A DNA stretch of 37,899 bases from IMG/VR virus record IMGVR_UViG_3300028858_000003, one strand, 5' to 3'. The notes beneath the pieces were generated by a model, which had not been told where the DNA came from, did not search any database, and saw only the letters and a list, made by a program, of their open reading frames with translations. Made by a program: the position numbers and the translations under genes. This document shows, piece after piece, positions 31,808 through 37,899 of the stretch. Position 1 is the stretch's first letter, and each line of letters opens with the position of its first letter. This stretch comes from a virus.

Positions 31808-33173
31808 TTTTGTAATTGAAGGGCAACCAGCGGATGAGGTTTGTTCATACGGACAGTTAGTAATCTTTGACGCTTTAATCTTTAGGGACAACAAGAGGGT
31901 TCAAATCATCTGCTCTACCCAGTATGGTAAGACTTTGTTTGTAGCTCTGGCTTGTATTATCATCGCTTGTGTTCAGGGAGAGATAGTCGCCGTAGTTGCT
32001 CCATCAACCGAGAAGGCAAAACTAACAATGCGATACTTCGTTGAGCATTTAGGTGACGCTCCGTTCTTTGCCACTCGACTTGAGAAGAACACCCGATTAG
32101 ACAGACTGCGTCAGGAAGATAGCAAGACCAGAATTATCTTAAATAATGGCGGTGGCATTTTCGTGGTATCATCCCAAGAAAAGAACTCGAATAAATCAAT
32201 CGAGTCAGCTATGGGTCTAGGCTCGAAGATTGTTATCGGCGATGAGTATAATTTAATTAGTGATAATAACGAGGCAACCATCTTCCGTATGATTGCTGGT
32301 AAAGGAGCGGACGGCTTCTACTGTAAGATTGGTAACCCCTTCTATTCCGCTGAGCCATATAGCCATTTTAAAAAGAGTTGGGAAAACCCAGCCTATCACC
32401 GTATCTTCATTGATGATGTGATTGCCGTGTCCGAAGGGCGGTATAGCCAAGAGTTTTTAGATGAAGCCAGCACTAAGCCCCTCTACTCGATTTTATATAA
32501 GTGCGAGTTTCCACCGCTGGATGAGTTAGATAAGGACGGCTACCGTCAGTTGCTTACCCCTGAGCAGGTCAAATTTAAGCCTGTGGCAGAGATTAAGCGA
32601 CTCTTTGCTGAAATGACACAGGACGAACTTAGTCGAGGCGTGAAGCCGACTAGAGTCAAGCTAGGCGTTGATATCGGTGGCGGTGGTGATAAGAGCCCCT
32701 TCATCGTGCGTAAGGGTGGCTTAGCCTTCATTGCTCGGATGACTAACGTGCGTGATACGATGGTAAACGTGACCGTAGTTGAAGAACTGATTGAGGAGTT
32801 TGACATATTAGACGAAGATATTGCGATTGATGATATTGGTATTGGTCGAGGAGTCTGCGATAGATTGATTGAACTAGGTCACGCCGTTAATAGCGTATCA
32901 GTCGGTATGCCAGCAGATGATGACGCAACCTACGCTAACATCAAGGCTGAGCTATTTTGGAGATTAAAGGACTGGTGTTTAGTTGGTGGAGAGATTGACG
33001 ACAGCACCGATATGAAGCAGATATTTTGGATTAAGTGGAAAATACAGACGGGAGAACGTAAGATTATCTTAGAACCTAAGGAGTTCGTAAGACGCAGACA
33101 TAAGAAATCACCCGACTACGCTGACGCTTTAGCATTAACATTTTACGAGCCTCCGTTTATCGGATGGTTATAA
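31740..33173 (+). CDS. terL: Terminase large subunit
   Basis: Walker A-like CSTQYGKT, Walker B-like IVIGDEYN, and a C-terminal nuclease-like part (LGVDIGGGGDKS, IDDIGIGRG). Confidence 0.85.
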   Translation: MFKPILPQLSESRRVALKTLLHSFVIEGQPADEVCSYGQLVIFDALIFRDNKRVQIICSTQYGKTLFVALACIIIACVQGEIVAVVAPSTEKAKLTMRYFVEHLGDAPFFATRLEKNTRLDRLRQEDSKTRIILNNGGGIFVVSSQEKNSNKSIESAMGLGSKIVIGDEYNLISDNNEATIFRMIAGKGADGFYCKIGNPFYSAEPYSHFKKSWENPAYHRIFIDDVIAVSEGRYSQEFLDEASTKPLYSILYKCEFPPLDELDKDGYRQLLTPEQVKFKPVAEIKRLFAEMTQDELSRGVKPTRVKLGVDIGGGGDKSPFIVRKGGLAFIARMTNVRDTMVNVTVVEELIEEFDILDEDIAIDDIGIGRGVCDRLIELGHAVNSVSVGMPADDDATYANIKAELFWRLKDWCLVGGEIDDSTDMKQIFWIKWKIQTGERKIILEPKEFVRRRHKKSPDYADALALTFYEPPFIGWL

Positions 33174-33176
33174 TCT

Positions 33177-33338
33177 ATGTCACAACCCGAAAAAGAAATC
33201 ATTGATATCATTACTAACGAGTGTAAGTTCACTCCGTTCGGCGTTCTGACTCTTGAGCTCATCGTAAAAGACGGAAAAGTTGTGCGAGTGGAAGCCTCCA
33301 CGACTAAGCGGTGCTACAAAGTCAATGAAGCTACCTAA
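33177..33338 (+). CDS. Small hypothetical protein, 53 aa (YezD/DUF2292-like pattern)
   Basis: FGVLTLELIVKDGKVVRVEAS resembles the small beta-hairpin YezD-like family. Below the track cutoff. Confidence 0.35.
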   Translation: MSQPEKEIIDIITNECKFTPFGVLTLELIVKDGKVVRVEASTTKRCYKVNEAT

Positions 33339-33344
33339 AATTTA

Positions 33345-33373
33345 TTGACGGTATATTTATATTTTGGTATAAT
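33345..33373 (+). promoter_or_regulatory. Promoter TTGACG, 17-nt spacer, TGGTATAAT
   Basis: Good -35 box, 17-nt spacer and extended -10 box. Confidence 0.65.
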
Positions 33374-33379
33374 TAGAGA

Positions 33380-33562
33380 GTCAAGGTTTTGTTTCCAAAT
33401 TTAATAGCCGAATTAGTATCGAATTTTTAAACTACACGAGAGTCATCTCGCATAAGATACTAGCTAGGTTTTCTTACAACCGCCCGTTGTATAGAAGAAC
33501 TAATAACGAGCAACTGCTAGGAATAAGCTAAAACTTATTTTAGGCACTTGCTCGTTTTAGTT
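33380..33562 (+). ncRNA. Candidate terminated leader RNA / small RNA of about 180 nt
   Basis: The interval from the predicted start to the terminator has no ATG. Local hairpins are CGAGA/TCTCG, ACAAC/GTTGT and a long terminal stem-loop. Confidence 0.35.
33505..33562 (+). terminator. Long-stem intrinsic terminator 14 nt before the portal ATG
   Basis: AACGAGCAA/TTGCTCGTT closes an imperfect extended stem (AATAAG/CTTATT inside). TTTTAGTT follows. Confidence 0.55.
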
Positions 33563-33575
33563 ACCCAAAAATACT

Positions 33576-35558
33576 ATGAGTTTTATTTCTAGAATAAAAG
33601 GAGCTTTCGAACAATTAGTTGGTACATCAGACGACAAGGTTAACTTGTTGTTTCAAAGTGGGGCGAAGGGCGTAAACATCAGTTACTTAACCGCTTACGA
33701 AAAATCAATCTACATCAATAAGGCGTTAGAAAAACGTGCGACTAAAGTTGGTGAGATTGAGTTTACCGCTAAGAAAGGCGACACTGAAATCGTTAATGCT
33801 CCGATACTAGAACTGTTAGCAAAACCAAACCCGTTAATGACTCAAAGCCAATTTTTCTCAATGTGGCAGAAGTACAAAGATATCTTCGGTGAAGTTTATG
33901 TTTGGAAGAAGAAAGGGGCGGAGTTATTTGCTAAGTCTAAAGTTAGTGAACTTCACTTACTAATGCCGATGGGCGTTAAGAAGTATTACAATACGGACGG
34001 CACAATCTCCTATTACACTTACACTACCGAGGGTGGAAGCGAACAGCGTTACGAGATAGATGAAATTATTTACGACCGCCGACCTAACCCCCGTGACATC
34101 CGTCAGGGTATTTCGCTTTTAAAGGCTGGTATCTTAACTATCTCTAGCTCACTTGAAATTGAGAAACTACAATATGAAATCTTAAAGAACGGCGGTAAGT
34201 TAGACACCGTCATTTCGTTTAAGGAACGAGATAAGCTTACTAAATTACAGACTGAGGAACTTCGAGAAAAATATACGGAGAAATATGCCGAGGCTAAACG
34301 CACGGGTGCTCCGATGTTTTTGGGTGGTGACGTTCAGGTTAACAATTTGGGTCTTAACCCAGCGGAGTTAGGCTATCTAGAAGGCAAGAAAATGACGCTT
34401 GATGATTTATGTATCTTAACCGAAGTACCTAAGCCACTTTTAGCGTTAGCCGAAGGCAGTACGTTTGATAACGCTGACCTTGCCCTTCGTTCGTTCTTAA
34501 AGGAAACCATTTTACCAGAACAAAAATCAATCGGCACATTACTAAACTCGGATGTTGATTTAGCTTCTGATTTTAAATTAGATATCGTTGATAAGACCCC
34601 AGAGAATATAGACGCAAAAATTAAATTAGCCGAAAATGGCTTTGGTAAATACTTAAGCGTTAATGAGATAAGAGAAATCTTTGGACGTGACCCAATCGAA
34701 GGCGAGGGTGGCGATGATGTCTTAGTACCGTTTAATATGACAACTCTAAGCAGTGTAACCGCTGAGCCCGTTGCTGAGGCTACACCTGCCCCAACACCAG
34801 CTGACCCTAATGCTAAAGGTGCGTTTGCTCACCCCCTTCAAAATAAAGAGTTTAGAGCCAAATACTATAATCAGTTTTTAAAGAAGGCAGATAAGAACGA
34901 ACTGACTTTTAAACGAGCCTTCAACTCTTATGCTCTAAGCCAAAGAGAACGGGTAATTGAAAAGGTTAACAAATATGTTCGAGCCTATAATAAAGCCAAC
35001 GTTGAAGATTTGTTTGATGTCGATATGGAAATATCTATCGGCGTAAAACGCTTAATGCCAGTGATGATGGAGATTGCTAGAAAGTCAGGACAAGACGCAA
35101 TCAATCTAGTCGGCGGTAAAAGAGATTTCAACCTAAACGCCAACCTTCACAGTTGGTTAGATAATAAGGCTAAGATTTTCTTAAAGCAGGTTAATGAAAC
35201 AACCTTTAACCAACTTAAGACCCAGTTTGCTGAGAGTGTCAGTTCAGGTGAAACATTTTCAGATTTAGCAACTCGCATTAAGGGGACGTATAAAGATATT
35301 ACAACAGGCAGAGCCTTCACTATCGCTCGCACAGAAACTAACGGCATTATGGGTAAATCAACCCTAGACGGCTATGACCAAGTTGGGATGAGAATAAAGA
35401 TTTGGGTTCACTCTGCGTCCGATAGTCCAAGAGAAGAACACGAAGCAATGGATGGAGAGGAACAACCGCTAAACAGTCCGTTCACTAATGGCTTAATGTT
35501 CCCAGGTGACCCAGCAGGAAGCCCAGAGGATGTAATAAATTGTCATTGTACCATCTAA
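33576..35558 (+). CDS. Portal protein fused to a MuF / SPP1 gp7-like head morphogenesis domain
   Basis: 660 aa. The portal-like N-terminal two thirds are joined to a C-terminus with AFTIARTETN...EEHEAMDGE...PGDP...NCHC. Confidence 0.75.
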   Translation: MSFISRIKGAFEQLVGTSDDKVNLLFQSGAKGVNISYLTAYEKSIYINKALEKRATKVGEIEFTAKKGDTEIVNAPILELLAKPNPLMTQSQFFSMWQKYKDIFGEVYVWKKKGAELFAKSKVSELHLLMPMGVKKYYNTDGTISYYTYTTEGGSEQRYEIDEIIYDRRPNPRDIRQGISLLKAGILTISSSLEIEKLQYEILKNGGKLDTVISFKERDKLTKLQTEELREKYTEKYAEAKRTGAPMFLGGDVQVNNLGLNPAELGYLEGKKMTLDDLCILTEVPKPLLALAEGSTFDNADLALRSFLKETILPEQKSIGTLLNSDVDLASDFKLDIVDKTPENIDAKIKLAENGFGKYLSVNEIREIFGRDPIEGEGGDDVLVPFNMTTLSSVTAEPVAEATPAPTPADPNAKGAFAHPLQNKEFRAKYYNQFLKKADKNELTFKRAFNSYALSQRERVIEKVNKYVRAYNKANVEDLFDVDMEISIGVKRLMPVMMEIARKSGQDAINLVGGKRDFNLNANLHSWLDNKAKIFLKQVNETTFNQLKTQFAESVSSGETFSDLATRIKGTYKDITTGRAFTIARTETNGIMGKSTLDGYDQVGMRIKIWVHSASDSPREEHEAMDGEEQPLNSPFTNGLMFPGDPAGSPEDVINCHCTI

Positions 35559-35583
35559 ATTACTAGAATAAACATAATTTTAT

Positions 35584-36558
35584 ATGAAGAAGTTTTATCA
35601 ACTACACAACAAATCGTTGGAGAAAAACAAAGTGAAGAACTTGAGTGAGCTTTGGGAAAAGATGAAAGCCAAAGGTTATAAGGGCTTGTCTGTTCCTGTT
35701 AACACTAAGTTTGTTAAATCAGCGGAGAGCGATAACAAATATCACGCTATCTTCTCGACTGCGAGCGTTGACCGCCACGGCGATATTGTTGAGCAGAATT
35801 GGTTACTAAAGAATTTTAAAAACAACCCAGTTTATTTAGACAGTCATAACTACAATTCTATCGAGAAAATCATCGGTCGTATTGATAAGATTAAGGCTAA
35901 GGGCGTGTTAGAAGGTGATATTATTTTTGCCACTGTTAACCCACTCGGACAATTAGCGAAAGATTTAGCAGAGGGTGGCTTCTTAAATACTTCGAGCGTT
36001 GGGTTTATTCCTAAGAAGTTCGATGATAAGTTTGAACGTATAATCGAAAGTGAATTGTTAGAGATTAGTGCGGTGTCTGTACCTGCTAATGCCGAAGCAC
36101 TTTACGAAAAAAAATATGGTAAATCAACTAAAGATGTTACACCTAGCGGTGAGGGGGACGCACCAGAACCTCAAGACGGTGATGGTTCAGGGGATGAACT
36201 TGAACTTGAGCAACCAGAGGGTGCTGGTGAAGGTGAAGGGGGAGAGGGTGAAGAAGAAGTAGTTGAAGATATTGAAGATATCGAGGACGCACCGATTGAA
36301 CAGATACCAGAAGAAATCGCTGACGAGGTCATTAATAATTCAATCAAGAAAACTGCTGACGACCTCTTAAACGAGATTGTCAAATGTGAAGTTGATACAA
36401 GAAAAAGGGCTTTAAACAAGATTTACAACGCTACTAAGCTAATTTGTGGAGAACTAAAGGTCGGCGACCACATCAGCCTAGACGATAAACTTGATAACAA
36501 GATTATCGTAAATAAATGCGTTAAAGAACTTCTTGCTTTTAAAAAAACCCTTAAATAA
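35584..36558 (+). CDS. Prohead protease (HK97 S78-like) with an acidic linker and a scaffold-like C-terminus
   Basis: FSTASVDRHGDIV...SSVGF...ISAVSVPANAEA, followed by GEGDAPEPQDGDGSGDELELE...EEEVVEDIEDIED. Confidence 0.7.
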   Translation: MKKFYQLHNKSLEKNKVKNLSELWEKMKAKGYKGLSVPVNTKFVKSAESDNKYHAIFSTASVDRHGDIVEQNWLLKNFKNNPVYLDSHNYNSIEKIIGRIDKIKAKGVLEGDIIFATVNPLGQLAKDLAEGGFLNTSSVGFIPKKFDDKFERIIESELLEISAVSVPANAEALYEKKYGKSTKDVTPSGEGDAPEPQDGDGSGDELELEQPEGAGEGEGGEGEEEVVEDIEDIEDAPIEQIPEEIADEVINNSIKKTADDLLNEIVKCEVDTRKRALNKIYNATKLICGELKVGDHISLDDKLDNKIIVNKCVKELLAFKKTLK

Positions 36559-36566
36559 AAAGTTAT

Positions 36567-37877
36567 ATGAACGTACTAAAATTAATCAAGTCTTTATTGG
36601 CTAAAGGTTTTGCCACTAAAGCTGAAAAAGCAAACTTAGTTGCGATGGTTAAAGAAATGCCTAGCGAAGAAGCGGAAGTTGTAGCTGATGAAGTGGCGGA
36701 AGTTAACGCTTTGCCAGAAGAAGAAGCTGACAAGTCCGAAGAAACCAAAGGGTTAATGAAAAAACTATTGGGCGAAGCCGTTGCTGATATCAAATCAGAA
36801 ATGAAAGATTGGTCTAAGAGTCAATTAGAAGCTATCAACAAACAAGCTGGTATCTACTCTAAGGACGCTAAACCAGTCCGTGAAGCTTTAAATAAAAAGT
36901 TTAAAGGTTTCTGTAAAGCCTTATACGGTGATGATACTTTATTAAAAGAAATGACAACTGACGCTACTGGTTCACCTTACGGTGGTTACGTAGTTGACCG
37001 TGAACTTTCTGCTGAAATCGTATCTTACATCACTGAATTTGGTGTTGCTCGTAGAGAAATGACAAACTTGACTCTTTCCAAGAACGAATATAGAGGTAAC
37101 GTTCTAGTTACTGATGTAACCGTTTACTGGGTTGATGAAGGTGCTGTTATCGGTTCTACTCAAGCTGTTTTAGGTCAAAAGTCTTTAATTCTTAAGAAAT
37201 TAGGAGCTATTGCTACTTTGACTCGTGAATTACTTGAAGATGAGGAAATTGATTTATTTGCTTTCTTAGGTTCTCGTGTTGCTGAAAAGTTTGCGGAAGC
37301 CGAAGATAAAGCTTTCTTCATCGGTGATGGTACTGCTACCTATGGTGGTTTTACTGGTATCTTAAACGATACAGGTGTTGTGTCCGTTGCTTTACCTGCT
37401 ACTAAGGTAAGTGCTACTGATATGACCGCTGAGGAATTGTTAGACTTACAGGACGCTGTCCCTACATCTGCTCAGGCAAATGCTAAGTACTACTTCCACC
37501 GTACTATTCTATCAATCATCAGAAAGTTGAAATCTACAACTGGTGAATATATCTACCAATCTCCAACCGCTTCTTTACCATCTACTATTTGGAACAAGCC
37601 TTACGTCTTAAGTGAAGTATTGCCTAAAGCCACTACTACTGGTGCTGGTAAGAAAATTGTTATCTACGGTGATTTACGCCAAGCTTGTATCTTTGGTAAC
37701 AAAGGTGCGATGGAGGCTAAACGCTTTGACGCTGGTATGGTTAAGAACGTTGAAGGTAATGCTGACGTTAACTTAATTACTACTGACCGTGAAGCTGTCC
37801 GTTGGGTAGAACGTGTTGGTTCTCTTAACATCCAACCACAAATCGTGGCTGTGTTAAAGACTGGTACTGCTTCCTAA
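36567..37877 (+). CDS. Major capsid protein, HK97 fold
   Basis: 436 aa after the protease. A charged N-terminal delta-like region is followed by TDATGSPYGGYVVDRELSAEI. Confidence 0.85.
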   Translation: MNVLKLIKSLLAKGFATKAEKANLVAMVKEMPSEEAEVVADEVAEVNALPEEEADKSEETKGLMKKLLGEAVADIKSEMKDWSKSQLEAINKQAGIYSKDAKPVREALNKKFKGFCKALYGDDTLLKEMTTDATGSPYGGYVVDRELSAEIVSYITEFGVARREMTNLTLSKNEYRGNVLVTDVTVYWVDEGAVIGSTQAVLGQKSLILKKLGAIATLTRELLEDEEIDLFAFLGSRVAEKFAEAEDKAFFIGDGTATYGGFTGILNDTGVVSVALPATKVSATDMTAEELLDLQDAVPTSAQANAKYYFHRTILSIIRKLKSTTGEYIYQSPTASLPSTIWNKPYVLSEVLPKATTTGAGKKIVIYGDLRQACIFGNKGAMEAKRFDAGMVKNVEGNADVNLITTDREAVRWVERVGSLNIQPQIVAVLKTGTAS

Positions 37878-37899
37878 CCTCTTAGAGTCGATTAGCTTA
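37773..37899. repeat. Terminal direct repeat, copy 2 (identical to 1..127)
   Basis: See copy 1. Confidence 0.9.

Noticed and set aside
1692-36262. Nested + strand ORFs in alternative frames: 1692..1946, 2777..2983, 9211..9420, 10351..10542, 12228..12425, 14723..14914, 20427..20615, 21422..21625, 22928..23119, 26746..26928, 27148..27444, 28142..28387, 36068..36262
   Set aside because: They are fully contained in longer ORFs of the same strand and have no independent start context or motif. Genuinely overlapping genes cannot be excluded, but nothing supports them.
36171-36300. GGTGAAGG / GAAGAT repeat tract in the protease gene as a DNA-level repeat element
   Set aside because: It is explained by the in-frame acidic low-complexity linker (GEGEGGEGEEEVVEDIEDIED) of the protease/scaffold protein.
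3212-36793. All minus-strand ORFs in the track: 3212..3544, 3754..4071, 4345..4545, 4585..4773, 7433..7654, 9323..9682, 12215..12484, 15173..15385, 16606..16794, 19020..19211, 20155..20367, 21510..21701, 21665..21859, 25530..25712, 26036..26242, 29721..29906, 30385..30642, 31712..31894, 32253..32450, 32546..32806, 34103..34303, 35147..35347, 36171..36419, 36563..36793
   Set aside because: Each lies entirely inside a longer + strand gene that has recognisable motifs or synteny. Most have low-complexity Ser/Leu/Phe-rich translations typical of antisense shadows. None has its own promoter-like context.
1-37899. CRISPR array, integrase or repressor lysogeny module, or transposase
   Set aside because: There are no regularly spaced direct repeats with unique spacers. 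No tyrosine or serine recombinase motifs were seen in any ORF. No divergent transcription unit is present.

Overview
This window is a complete, AT-rich tailed-phage genome (siphovirus-type, HK97-like head module). Bases 1..127 are identical to 37773..37899, so it closes as a circle with a unique length of 37,772 nt. All of the roughly 70 credible genes are on the + strand; every minus-strand ORF in the track is a short shadow inside a + strand gene. After wrap-around the gene order is: small and large terminase (31310..33173), portal fused to a MuF-like domain, prohead protease/scaffold, major capsid, four head-tail joining proteins, major tail protein, and a G/GT chaperone pair with a canonical -1 slippery site. 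These are followed by tape measure, three tail-tip/receptor-binding proteins (5886..11462), small membrane proteins, a stand-alone promoter-gene-terminator unit, and an M15 peptidase endolysin (12723..13310). A long early/middle region (13463..31171) follows. It holds mostly small unknown proteins, plus a SprT-like protease, YopX, an HTH protein, a replisome organizer with internal iterons, and RecT/YqaJ-exonuclease/SSB. It also holds a membrane-anchored 3D-domain protein, an HNH nuclease and a NinG/Rap-like nuclease. I found no integrase, repressor, polymerase, tRNA, CRISPR array or reverse transcriptase. The most unusual content is regulatory. There is a family of near-identical 29-nt sigma70-like promoters with a conserved spacer. 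A second class of promoter boxes shares the identical 9-mer TGGTATAAT. Two genes have an ATG exactly 6 nt after a -10 box, a leaderless geometry. Shine-Dalgarno sequences are almost entirely absent. A TGTAAAC motif repeats four times at exactly 22-bp phasing over the endolysin promoter. A promoter, an ATG-free structured leader of about 180 nt and a terminator sit directly before the portal gene. All protein calls rest on motif recognition and synteny read from the sequence; no database search was run.
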